Shown in pieces: positions 47,901-56,423 of a stretch of DNA of 64,000 bases. Under the pieces are notes generated by a model. That model was given only the letters and a program-made list of their open reading frames with translations. It did no database searches and was not told where the DNA came from. Position 1 is the first letter of the stretch, and the number at the start of each line of letters is the position of its first letter. The DNA comes from Terrimicrobiaceae bacterium (lineage in GTDB: Bacteria > Verrucomicrobiota > Verrucomicrobiia > Chthoniobacterales > Terrimicrobiaceae), in the NCBI GenBank assembly GCA_041752695.1, contig JBGSVZ010000036.1:29876-93875 (forward strand), given 5' to 3'. Made by a program: the position numbers and the translations under genes.

Positions 47901-49733
47901 AGCGAGAAACGAATAAATACCCTGACCGCAATCGGATTTGTCTGGCAACGAAAAGGACGGCACACCGGTTCCCAAGCAATTAACTCTCCGGGGGAGGAGA
48001 TTCCTGTTACGCGCGCTTGGGATGATATGTTTTCAGAATTGGTGAATTTCTTCAAACTGCACGGCCATTGCAACGTTCCTGACAATTGGACCGCGCAACC
48101 TGAACTTAGCCGCTGGGTGGCCATGCAACGTCGGAAAAAGAGGCAAAACCTCCTCGCCGCTGAGTTGGTGAGCCAGATGGAAGAAATCGGTTTCGCATGG
48201 ACCACGCATGCCGGCGGGTGGGATTCAATGTTTGCCAGGTTGGTCGAGCACATGCGGCCCATGCACAATGGCAAGCCGCGAATGACGCCTGCCAGCGATG
48301 AGCTGAGACGATGGATGCTAACACAACGTCAATTCAAGAAGCGCGGAGAGCTCGATGCCGAACGTGAAAAACGCCTCACCGACATTGGGTTCGAGTGGGA
48401 TCCATTTTCGGCACGTTGGCAGAAGATGTATGATATTCTAAAAGATTTCCGCGCAGAACATGGACACTGTCGAGTCCCTACCGGTTGGCCAAAAGATCCA
48501 GTCTTAGCAAATTGGGTTGGAGTGCAGCGTGCACGGAAGATCGATGGCAAGCTTTCTACCGAGCGGCAGGCGTTGCTGGATGCCGTGGGATTTATCTGGA
48601 GAATCGGTGAGAATCACAACATCCAGACCCCGCATGAAGCTTGGAGCCAAATGTTTGAGCGTCTAAAAATTTTCCATGCCGCGCATGGACACGCTCGAGT
48701 CCCACAGGTCTATCCCCAAGACCAAAAATTGGGATGGTGGGTGTCAACGCAGCGTCGAAATCGACGAAGAGGCAAACTCAGGACGTCGCAGATCGACGAA
48801 CTCGATCGCCTCGGATTTGATTGGTCGCCATTTGGTTCGGCAGACCTTGGTGATAGATGGCGAGAAATGCTGGGGGTACTAAAGGCGTTTCGCAGCCAAA
48901 CGGGACACTGCCGTGTTCCGGCAGGTTGGAAGGAGAACCCGCAACTGGCCAATTGGGTCGCCGTGCAACGCAGGCAAAAAAAGAATGCAACACTTGATCC
49001 AAGGCGCATTAAGGCTTTGGATGAAATCGACTTCGACTGGCACGTCATGCGCCAAAGCACGTGGATCACCCGATCGCATGCCACTGCTATCCCAAACGAA
49101 GAGGTCCATTGGGAAAAAATGCTGCATTTATTGCTCCAATACAAGCAGACCCATGGCGATTGTCTGGTGCCGCAACGGTGGAAGGAAAATCGGGGCCTCG
49201 CCGATTGGGTTTCGGACCAGCGTACTGCCTTCCATCGCGGACGACTCACCCTAGAAAGGGTTCGAGGACTTGATGAAATTGGCTTCGATTGGGATCCACT
49301 AGGCAACCGTTGGGAAGCGATGTTTCAGAAACTCGTTGAATTCAAGAATGATCATGGACACACTAACGTGCCACAAGGTTCGTCCAAATACGCAGCACTC
49401 GCGACTTGGGTCCATGGCCAGCGGGCGGCCAAGAGGTACAACCGCGCGATCATTGCTGAGCGAGGAAAGAGACTAGACGAGATTGGTTTCGTCTGGCGTC
49501 TTGTTGAGCGGAATGTTTGGGAGAGGATGATTGAACAGCTTGTCGAGTTCAAAGCGATTCACGGCCATTGCAGTGTTCCGCAAAAAGGTGGCAAAAACAA
49601 AAAGCTTGGGAGGTGGGTTAACACCCAACGGACACATTTCAAACTCGGAAAAATAAGACCGGAACGTGCCAAGCAACTCGACGAGATTGGTTTTGTTTGG
49701 AATACGAAACGGCCCTCAGGCGCATCTCAGTAG
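44934..49733 (+). CDS. Mrr-like nuclease - SF2 (DEAH) helicase - 13x helicase-associated (HA) repeat protein
   Basis: GAAFE..DMGVD..YQSKF; MACGSGKT, FDEAH, LTATPR, CLTEGVDVP, VQATGRAMR; 13 repeats of W..L..(H)G..VP..L..W...QR..L..IGF.W. Confidence 0.9.
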   Translation: MNLPRHPQAKHFHRLGLTAEVQSFAGLEARIAALPTEQARGAAFEIFAEACLATQRIYQARQVWPGNSMPSTLRQQLRLPSADMGVDGVFVTPTDEPVCYQSKFRTGRPTLTWTELSTFYGLVDVGPHRLVFTNCDEVARVAEERTGAIFVRGGDLDRLTPEDFQIITAWLAERPATPKKKDPKPHQLVALGDIVGGLSRGPRATALMACGSGKTLVALWAAERLGARTVLVLLPSLALVRQTLHEWLHETSWPDVQFLCVCSDPTVQPEEDSLLVRPSDLDFAVTTQSAEVRRFLERPTQSVRLVFSTYQSSQVVAAAVSGLVPFDLGVFDEAHKTAGREGARFALALKDENLPIARRLFLTATPRHYDVAKKDKFGESKVVFSMDVPEIYGPIVHRLPFSAAAKSGIITDYKIIISVVTSEMVTNEALRLGIVLIDGDEVKARQVANQIALKSAIEKYKVSKVFTFHSRVDSAKSFASSGPEGIGTHVEGYHCAYIEGAMTTSYRERLLREFAASPRAILSNARCLTEGVDVPAVDMVAFLSPKRSLVDIVQATGRAMRLSQESGKQFGYVLVPLYVEKARGETIEQAVLRSNFDEVWKVLQGLKEQDDLLAQIIAEMRIERGRAGGYDDSRFRERVEVLCPEISLETLRSTITAACLDAIGENWFERYGQLVAYKEEHGNCNIPARWPKNQKLATWVVEQRVRKRDENLEPHKIELLNQLSLSWNPRLTNWRTAYLELVKFQNRFGHCRVPQKWKENKALSHWVSTQRAHFSKGRLHLDRIALLNNLGFDWKVSVGTWDERFTELCNYKVRFGNTRVPTKWHENRTLGGWVVEQRYDKRHGNLRKDLEERLNSIGFEWEVPRNVLPARSVTSRIDELISYRAKHSHLSVSRGDKDYPGLAGWMTDQRARYRAGKLSSEIKLQLDSVGFPWMPTPACQDKQWFEMFERFKAYAVQHGPLTVVVIDDETAKLNRWMLTQRGLKKRGKLSEKRINTLTAIGFVWQRKGRHTGSQAINSPGEEIPVTRAWDDMFSELVNFFKLHGHCNVPDNWTAQPELSRWVAMQRRKKRQNLLAAELVSQMEEIGFAWTTHAGGWDSMFARLVEHMRPMHNGKPRMTPASDELRRWMLTQRQFKKRGELDAEREKRLTDIGFEWDPFSARWQKMYDILKDFRAEHGHCRVPTGWPKDPVLANWVGVQRARKIDGKLSTERQALLDAVGFIWRIGENHNIQTPHEAWSQMFERLKIFHAAHGHARVPQVYPQDQKLGWWVSTQRRNRRRGKLRTSQIDELDRLGFDWSPFGSADLGDRWREMLGVLKAFRSQTGHCRVPAGWKENPQLANWVAVQRRQKKNATLDPRRIKALDEIDFDWHVMRQSTWITRSHATAIPNEEVHWEKMLHLLLQYKQTHGDCLVPQRWKENRGLADWVSDQRTAFHRGRLTLERVRGLDEIGFDWDPLGNRWEAMFQKLVEFKNDHGHTNVPQGSSKYAALATWVHGQRAAKRYNRAIIAERGKRLDEIGFVWRLVERNVWERMIEQLVEFKAIHGHCSVPQKGGKNKKLGRWVNTQRTHFKLGKIRPERAKQLDEIGFVWNTKRPSGASQ

Positions 49734-49926
49734 CAGGGCAGTCATTTTTCGCTGCGGATTAAGGACCAAGATGCCGGATAATTCGGGGCATTGGAGTGAG
49801 ATTCGTTTCCGGATTTTTCGATTCAGCTGATTGACGGAACTTGTGCGCGGGCAATGAAGTGCGTCGCGTATATCGACGCAACAAACGTCAGTCACTCCCT
49901 TTGATCTGTCCGTAACCGCAACTCCA

Positions 49927-51252
49927 CTACGTCAGCATCGTGGCCACGCAGGCCATGAGGAAACAGGAGAGCGTTCCTCCAAGCAGGGCGAGCCAGCCGA
50001 GGCGGGCGAGTTCGGCGCGCTTGTTGGGAGCGAGCGCCCCAATGCCGCCGATCTGGATGCCGATGGAGACGATGTTGGCAAAACCGCAGAGGGCGTAAGT
50101 CAGGATCACCCGGGTGCGTTCATCCGTGAGCACGCCGTCGGCCTGGAGTTTGTTCATGGAGAGGTAGGCGTAGAATTCATTGAGCACGGTGCGCTCGCCA
50201 AGAAGTTGCCCGGCCACGAGCAGGTTGGGCGAATCGATGCCAAGGAGCCAGGCCACCGGCGCGCCGACCAGGCCGAAGAGGAACTCGAGGGTGAGCTTAT
50301 CGTAGAGGCCTCCGGTGGACGCCGCGATAAAACCATTCAGGCCAGTCCACGTGCCCACCCCGTCGGAAAGGACCCAGTTGATCAGGGCCACGAAGGCGGT
50401 GAAAACAATGAGCATCACGCCGACATTCACCGCCAGTTTCACGCCATCCCAGGCCCCGAGGCAAATGGCATCGAGCAAATTTTCCCCGGGCTTTTCCGCG
50501 CTGATCTGCAAGGACCGGTCGATCTCCTGCGTTTGCGGAGCGAGCATTTTGGAAATGACCACGGCGGCGGGTGCGGAAATCACGGAGGCCGCGAGCAGGT
50601 GCGTGGCCCAGCGCATTTGTTCCTGCGGGTCGTTGCCACCGAGAAAGACGATGTAGGCCGCCATCACCCCGCCCGCGATGTTGGCCATGCCACCAACCAT
50701 GATGGTGAGAAGCTCGGAACGGGTCATGGTCGCGAGGTACGGCTTGATCAGCAGGGGGGCCTCGGTTTGCCCGACGAAAATGTTGGCCGCGGTGCTGAGC
50801 GTTTCCGCGCCGGAAAGTTTCATCGTCTTGGACAGCAGCCAGGCGAAACCGAAGACGATGATTTGCAGGATGCCGAGACGATAAAGCGCGGAGGTGAAGG
50901 CCGCGAAAAAGATGATGGAGGGGAGGATGGTGACGGCAAAAATCGGCCCGCCTTGGGTGAAGGCCAGGTTTTCCACATTGCCGGTGGCGATATTGGTCAG
51001 CCACCCGAAGAGCAGTTCGACGCCCTCGTTGGTGAAGCTCATCAACTTGATAAAGAACGCCCCGATGGCTCCGAAGGCCGCCCTCACCGGCCCGACGTGC
51101 AGAACGATAAATCCGATGGCGAGCTGCAGAAGCAGTCCCGCTCCGACCAGCCGCCAGTTGATGGCACGGCGGTTACCACTGCAGGCCCAGGCGATACCCA
51201 AAAACGCGGCCATGCCCAGCAGCCCGCGAAAAATGTGCGTCAATTGCTCCAT
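49927..51252 (-). CDS. nupC: Concentrative nucleoside transporter (NupC/CNT family)
   Basis: SGAETLSTAANIFVGQTEAPL, NEFYAY, YALCGFAN, QIGGIGALAP. Confidence 0.9.
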   Translation of the reverse strand: MEQLTHIFRGLLGMAAFLGIAWACSGNRRAINWRLVGAGLLLQLAIGFIVLHVGPVRAAFGAIGAFFIKLMSFTNEGVELLFGWLTNIATGNVENLAFTQGGPIFAVTILPSIIFFAAFTSALYRLGILQIIVFGFAWLLSKTMKLSGAETLSTAANIFVGQTEAPLLIKPYLATMTRSELLTIMVGGMANIAGGVMAAYIVFLGGNDPQEQMRWATHLLAASVISAPAAVVISKMLAPQTQEIDRSLQISAEKPGENLLDAICLGAWDGVKLAVNVGVMLIVFTAFVALINWVLSDGVGTWTGLNGFIAASTGGLYDKLTLEFLFGLVGAPVAWLLGIDSPNLLVAGQLLGERTVLNEFYAYLSMNKLQADGVLTDERTRVILTYALCGFANIVSIGIQIGGIGALAPNKRAELARLGWLALLGGTLSCFLMACVATMLT

Positions 51253-51273
51253 GGATCGAAGGAACTAGGGGCG

Positions 51274-51397
51274 AACCACGGATGACACGGATTTGCACGG
51301 ATGACCAGAACGATGGAATCTGCCGAAAAGGATTTTGAAAGCACAACGCTTGCTTCTATTTTCCTGTCATCCGTGTCCATCCGTGACATCCGTGGTT
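51274..51397. repeat. Nested inverted-repeat element (CRCGGAT-unit family), copy 2
   Basis: AACCACGGATGACACGGATTTGCACGGATGAC / GTCATCCGTGTCCATCCGTGACATCCGTGGTT (28/32 complementary). Confidence 0.85.
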
Positions 51398-51417
51398 AAA
51401 ATTGAATTTGAGACCGG

Positions 51418-52284
51418 TCAGGGAACGAGAAAATCCCGCACCACCGCCATGTGCTGCATGTTCGGCGCGGCGCTGTCGGACTCCTGAATCGGCGGCACCG
51501 CGGAGAGCGGCTCGAAAACGCGGCTGTCGAAAACCAGGCCGCCCGGGAACGACTCGCCGGCCAGTGTCACCGGAGCCGCGCAGGCCTCCAACTCCGCATC
51601 CGCCAGCACCCAATCATATGGTTTGTTGCGATTGGCATTGGTGTCCTCGTCCGCCAACTGGTCGGCCGGCTCGGTTTCCGCATCCCGGAAAAACTTCTGC
51701 AAGACCGTCACGCAAGCCTCGTCACGGGTGCGTGTGTTGAGATCGCCTCCCAGGACAACCAGATCCTCCGGCGGAATGAGGGCCTTGATTTTTGCCACCA
51801 ACTCCTTTGCCTCCCGTTCGCGGATCCCGGGCTTTTTCGAATAAAGGTGCACGCTGATCGCCCAGAGATTTTTGCCGTTGGGAAGTTTGATTTTTGCCCA
51901 GACAAAATCCCGGTTCTCCTGCGTGGGATCATCCCATTCGCCGGATTCGATGATGGGGAACCGGCTGATCACGCCGTTGGGGATGAAGTTGGGCACGGTC
52001 TCTTGTTCTTCGCGGGCAAAGAAAAATTGCTCTCCGAAGGTTTGATTGATCCACTGTCGGACGGGAATGGTGGTGTTGAACTCCTGAATCAACACCACAT
52101 CCGGCTTTAGTCCCTTCAGGATGCGGGCGCCCGCCCCTTCGGGGTTCGAGTGGTTGCCGTTGTCGGGCGAGTAGGTCTGCTGGTTGCCGGAGGTCAGGTT
52201 GGCCGCCACAATGCGGACGGGGATCGCCTCGGCGGCGGCCCAGGAAACCGAAAAAAACAGGACAACGGCAAACCGCTTCAACAT
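51418..52284 (-). CDS. Secreted endonuclease/exonuclease/phosphatase (EEP) family protein
   Basis: Signal peptide; AAN, PDVVLIQEF, SVHL, LGGDLN, YDWV, terminal QH. Confidence 0.85.
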   Translation of the reverse strand: MLKRFAVVLFFSVSWAAAEAIPVRIVAANLTSGNQQTYSPDNGNHSNPEGAGARILKGLKPDVVLIQEFNTTIPVRQWINQTFGEQFFFAREEQETVPNFIPNGVISRFPIIESGEWDDPTQENRDFVWAKIKLPNGKNLWAISVHLYSKKPGIREREAKELVAKIKALIPPEDLVVLGGDLNTRTRDEACVTVLQKFFRDAETEPADQLADEDTNANRNKPYDWVLADAELEACAAPVTLAGESFPGGLVFDSRVFEPLSAVPPIQESDSAAPNMQHMAVVRDFLVP

Positions 52285-52325
52285 CCCGCCGCTGAAGCGT
52301 TTATCATGCCACTTGGCGAGAAAAT

Positions 52326-53210
52326 TCAGACCGCGCGACGCCGGCGGCTGAACAGGAAAAGAACACCCACCGCCCCCAGGGCAAGGGTGGAAGGCTCGGG
52401 AATGGGTGTTGGCAGGAGCGGCGCAATGATCTGCCCGTCCACGGACGTTTTGAAGGTCGCCAACAAAATATCCTGATACCCCACATTCGCACTCACTCCG
52501 TTGTCATCCGCCAGCGACCAGATATCCACCGTCGTGCTGGTGTAGCTGGCTGAAACATTCGCCGCGTTCACGGTGTTGAGCATGGTCTGCGAGAGGGCGA
52601 TGGTGGCATCGCGGGTCGCGTTGTTCTGGAGAGGCACGTAAAAAACCCCACCGTCCGCATTGGAGTTGTCCACATTAAAATTCCCGGGGTCATGCCCGAT
52701 TTCCCAGACCGCCAGCTGGAAGGCCTGCGACTGCGAGGTCGTCCACAGACTCAAATCCTCCGAAACATAATAAACATCAAAAAGATACCGCATCTCGGCG
52801 GCGGACTGCAGGCCGATCCCCCCAATCGGAATCGTTTCCGACGGAGTACCGATCTCACCGGCCCGGCCGGCAGAGGCAAATTGGAGCTGAACGATTTCGA
52901 ACTCCGTATAAGAAATCGCACTGATATTTTCTCCCAACTCGGTGCAAAACGTCGCATGCGGGGCGAGGTTGACCGGAGTCCCATTAATCGAAGTGACATC
53001 CACCCGGAATCCTCCAAGACCCTCGTTGGATATTGTGCCCCCCGGAATACGAACAGAGTTAAATGTGGTAATGTGCCCGGGGAGAGTGCTCACCGTGATG
53101 TTCACGGGAGTCTGGGCATGAGCCGCTCCTGTCACCACCATGGCGAGAATCGCCAAAACATGCTGGAAGGTGCGGGATTTCCACCAATTGCGAGCGACAG
53201 GTTGCGTCAT
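52326..53210 (-). CDS. PEP-CTERM surface protein with thioester (TED/TQXA)-like motifs
   Basis: C-terminal IPEPSTLALGAVGVLFLFSRRRR; internal TFCTEL, FQLAVW, GYQDIL. Confidence 0.85.
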   Translation of the reverse strand: MTQPVARNWWKSRTFQHVLAILAMVVTGAAHAQTPVNITVSTLPGHITTFNSVRIPGGTISNEGLGGFRVDVTSINGTPVNLAPHATFCTELGENISAISYTEFEIVQLQFASAGRAGEIGTPSETIPIGGIGLQSAAEMRYLFDVYYVSEDLSLWTTSQSQAFQLAVWEIGHDPGNFNVDNSNADGGVFYVPLQNNATRDATIALSQTMLNTVNAANVSASYTSTTVDIWSLADDNGVSANVGYQDILLATFKTSVDGQIIAPLLPTPIPEPSTLALGAVGVLFLFSRRRRAV

Positions 53211-53332
53211 AAATTTAAAGAAGGAACCGCGAACTTTTAAGGGATTAACAGGCAATCGGTTGTGTGGGCAAGTTCTAATTTCCCGGGGGCTCGGCTTGCC
53301 GCAGGACGCGACGCCGGGTGATAGTGGGAGGA

Positions 53333-54682
53333 ATGGAGGATTTTTTTCATGCTGAGCCCGCGGTCCCGCCCCCCGCAGTCGATGCACCGCTGGCGACCCG
53401 GATGCGTCCGCGCACGCTTGATGACTATGTGGGACAGAGCCACATCCTGGGAACAGGCAAACTCCTGCGCCGCGCCATCGAGGCGGATCGGATCAGTTCC
53501 ATTTTGCTCTATGGTCCTCCGGGAGTGGGAAAAACCAGCCTGGCCCAGGTCATCGCCACGTCCACCAAATCGCGCTTCGAACGGCTAAGCGGAGTCGAAA
53601 GCAACGTCGGCGACATCCGTCGCGTCGTCGCCTCCGCGGCGAACCGCCAGCAGAATACCGGCCACAAAACGATCCTCTTCATTGACGAAATTCACCGCTT
53701 CAACAAAGCCCAGCAGGATGTACTGCTGCCCGACGTGGAAAGCGGTCTGCTGCGCCTGATTGGTGCCACCACGCACAACCCGTTTTTTTACGTCAACAGC
53801 CCGCTTGTCTCGCGGTCGCAGATTTTCCAACTCGAACCCATTTCCGTCGTGGACCTCATCGCGCTCATGGGGCGCGCCGTCGCGGATGCCGAGCGTGGAC
53901 TCGGGACGCAGAACATCGTGCTCGACGATGACGCCGCGCGGCATCTCGCGACCGTCAGCGACGGCGATGCGCGCAAATGTTTGAACGCCCTGGAGATTGC
54001 CGCCCGCACCACCTCGACGAACGCCGCCGGGGCCATTCACATCACCCTGCCGGTGGCGGAGGAGAGCATCCAGAAAAAGGCCGTCGTCTATGACGGTGAT
54101 GGCGATGCGCATTACGACACGATCAGCGCCTTCATCAAAAGCATGAGGGGATCCGATCCCGATGCCGCCCTCTACTGGCTGGCCAAAATGTTGCATGCCG
54201 GGGAGGAAATTCGTTTTATCGCGCGCCGTCTGATCATCTGCGCCAGTGAGGATGTGGGCATGGCCGATTCCAATGCCCTCCTCGTCGCCACGGCCGCCCT
54301 GCAGGCCGTTGAATTTGTCGGGATGCCCGAGGCTGCGCTGGTCCTGGCCCACGCGACGGTCTACATCGCGACCGCACCGAAGAGCAACCGCTGCACCGCG
54401 GCCATTGGCAAAGCCGCCGCCGAAGTCCGGGAGGGCCGCACCCTGGCGGTGCCCCGGCACCTGCGCGACGGCCACTACAAAGGCTCCAAGACACTCGGCC
54501 ATGGCGACGGTTACAAATACAGCCACGACTACGAAGGCGGTTACGTCCCGCAGGCTTATCTGCCGGAGGGCCGCGTGTATTACGAGCCCACGGAACACGG
54601 GCAGGAAAAACGCGTGAAAGAACGCCTGGACCACTGGCGGGCCATTTTTGAGGAAGAGCAGAAACGCGGGAGTTCAGATTAA
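53333..54682 (+). CDS. rarA: Replication-associated recombination protein A (RarA/MgsA)
   Basis: PLATRMRP, GPPGVGKT, IDEIHRFNKAQQD, SAFIKSMRGSDPDAA, SEDVG. Confidence 0.95.
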   Translation: MEDFFHAEPAVPPPAVDAPLATRMRPRTLDDYVGQSHILGTGKLLRRAIEADRISSILLYGPPGVGKTSLAQVIATSTKSRFERLSGVESNVGDIRRVVASAANRQQNTGHKTILFIDEIHRFNKAQQDVLLPDVESGLLRLIGATTHNPFFYVNSPLVSRSQIFQLEPISVVDLIALMGRAVADAERGLGTQNIVLDDDAARHLATVSDGDARKCLNALEIAARTTSTNAAGAIHITLPVAEESIQKKAVVYDGDGDAHYDTISAFIKSMRGSDPDAALYWLAKMLHAGEEIRFIARRLIICASEDVGMADSNALLVATAALQAVEFVGMPEAALVLAHATVYIATAPKSNRCTAAIGKAAAEVREGRTLAVPRHLRDGHYKGSKTLGHGDGYKYSHDYEGGYVPQAYLPEGRVYYEPTEHGQEKRVKERLDHWRAIFEEEQKRGSSD

Positions 54683-54833
54683 GCCGGAACTCTTCAAAGG
54701 AATTTGACCGCGGATGGCGCGGATTGAGCAGATGAGGGAAGGCCGAAGAGTGATTCGCGATAGACGTCGGAATTCGTCTGTTTTTATCCGCCAAATCCGC
54801 GTGATCCGCGGTTAAAAAATTCTTCCACGGCTT
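54680..54833. repeat. Nested inverted-repeat element (CRCGGAT-unit family), copy 3
   Basis: Inner arms TTTGACCGCGGATGGCGCGGAT.. (54703) / ..ATCCGCGTGATCCGCGGTTAAA (54816); outer AAGCCG..CGGCTT. Confidence 0.8.
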
Positions 54834-54870
54834 CACGTCATGAGCGGTCGGCGGAGAAGGTTTACGAGAG

Positions 54871-54891
54871 TTGACTGCGGATGGCGCGGAT
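54871..54891. repeat. Half copy (left arm) of the CRCGGAT-unit repeat
   Basis: TTGACTGCGGATGGCGCGGAT, 20/21 identical to 54704-54724. Confidence 0.7.
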
Positions 54892-55032
54892 AAAGGGAGA
54901 GAAAGCCGACACAGGTGGTTTCGCTTTTCGTCAACCACGCGTCGCTCCAAAAAAACCTGGCCGGACGGCAACCCTCTTTACACCGCCGTGCGGTTCGCCG
55001 ACTACTCGGTCATGCTCACCATTCCCCGTGCG

Positions 55033-55422
55033 ATGCGGACCCTCATGCTAGCCACCTTCCTCGCAATGATCCTTGGCATCGTTCCAGCAGCGTTGGCAGA
55101 CGGGGAAGTGCCGGCCGGTTCCGCCCTGCGCAAGGAACTCTTTGCGCTGGCCCGCCCGAAGATCGAACGGGAAGCCGGACAGGCGGTCCGTTTTCAAGGG
55201 ACGATGCAACAGCGGGACACGTGGGTGTTTTTTAAGGGCATCATTGTGGATGCGCAGGGTGCGGCGATTCAGGTCGGCCCCGCGGAAAGTGCGGAGACCG
55301 CCATCCTCTGGGAGCAGCGGAAAGGGAAGTGGACGGTGCTCGAAGCCGTTGCGGGATTTACCGATGTGATCTGGCTCGATTGGACGGAGAAACACCGCGC
55401 GCCGACGGCGCTTTTTGACTAG
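55033..55422 (+). CDS. Hypothetical secreted protein
   Basis: Signal peptide ending PAALA; GSALRKELF..TDVIW..APTALF. Confidence 0.7.
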   Translation: MRTLMLATFLAMILGIVPAALADGEVPAGSALRKELFALARPKIEREAGQAVRFQGTMQQRDTWVFFKGIIVDAQGAAIQVGPAESAETAILWEQRKGKWTVLEAVAGFTDVIWLDWTEKHRAPTALFD

Positions 55423-55476
55423 GTAACCGACCGGTTCGCAGTGACATTTCACCCCCGGTTATGATTCTTTCGCGGC

Positions 55477-56211
55477 ATGGAAGAAAATTCCGAGCCGCCT
55501 CCCATGGAGGACACCCGCCGGCGGTCCCGCGTGGTCAGGGCCATCGAGGGGTATTTTGTGCGTCGGGGTTATCCGCAATTTACCCTCGGACTGGTTTTGC
55601 TGTTCACCGGCCTGGCGGGCTTCGGTATTTCCTTTCTTCTCCTCCGGGTTGGCTTGGGCGACATGTGGCTGCGCTATCCACTTGCCGTGCTGGGAGCCTA
55701 TGGCGTTTTCCTCCTCCTCATGCGGCTCTGGGTGGAGATCGAGCGGAGAAGCTTCGATCCCAATGACCCCGAGCTTTTGGCCGCTTTAGAAAAGGATCGG
55801 CCCCTCCCCGTGTTTACCGATCACCAAAAGGGCAAGGGCTCCTGGCTGGACTGGCTCGACCTGTCCACGAATTTGATCCCCGACGGTGAGGGATGCCTGG
55901 GAGGAATTGTCGTGCTCGCAGTGGTGGGGGCGGTCGTCGGGTTGATCGGACTTCTCCTGGCGGTCCTGGCCGCCGCCCCGGCCCTCATCGCCGAAGTCTT
56001 CCTCGACGCCGTGCTGGTGGGCGTGCTTTACCGCCGCCTTAGAATCGCCGCGCGGGAACACTGGCTCGGCACCTGCATCCGCAAGACCTGGCTGTTCGTG
56101 GTTGTCACGACTCTCCTGCTTTTTATCGCCGGAATGTTCCTGACCGTGAGTGCGCCCGGCGCGAAATCGATCGGCACGGCGCTGGAACAGATTTTTCGGC
56201 AGAAGGGGTGA
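55477..56211 (+). CDS. Hypothetical membrane protein
   Basis: 244-aa ORF with several TM helices. Confidence 0.75.
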   Translation: MEENSEPPPMEDTRRRSRVVRAIEGYFVRRGYPQFTLGLVLLFTGLAGFGISFLLLRVGLGDMWLRYPLAVLGAYGVFLLLMRLWVEIERRSFDPNDPELLAALEKDRPLPVFTDHQKGKGSWLDWLDLSTNLIPDGEGCLGGIVVLAVVGAVVGLIGLLLAVLAAAPALIAEVFLDAVLVGVLYRRLRIAAREHWLGTCIRKTWLFVVVTTLLLFIAGMFLTVSAPGAKSIGTALEQIFRQKG

Positions 56212-56229
56212 GGCAGGGCCAATATGCTC

Positions 56230-56423
56230 TAAGCCGGAACAATGCAGTTGAAACCACGGATTTCACGGATGAACACGGATAAGGACAAGACGGACAGGCT
56301 TTTTTCAGGCAAATCTGTTTCCCTTTTGGTGAACCCCTCTCTCGGTCGCCAAGGCCGCTCCCTCCCTCCATCCGTGCTCATCCGTGCGATCCGCGGTTAA
56401 ATTCTTCTGAATAGATCCGGCTA
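56230..56423. repeat. Nested inverted-repeat element (CRCGGAT-unit family), copy 4
   Basis: AACCACGGATTTCACGGATGAACACGGAT / ATCCGTGCTCATCCGTGCGATCCGCGGTT; outer AGCCGGA..TCCGGCT; TAAGCCGGAAC leader shared with copy 3. Confidence 0.85.

Noticed and set aside
3944..54634. Long antisense/shadow ORFs (e.g. 3944-5074, 6406-7473, 24828-26000, 33689-34966, 42946-44166, 53585-54634)
   Set aside because: Each lies opposite a well-supported gene and lacks motifs; expected artefacts of high-GC codon usage
51274..56423. CRISPR array from the CACGGAT repeats
   Set aside because: The repeats are inverted, kb apart and degenerate; no regular repeat-spacer period and no cas genes
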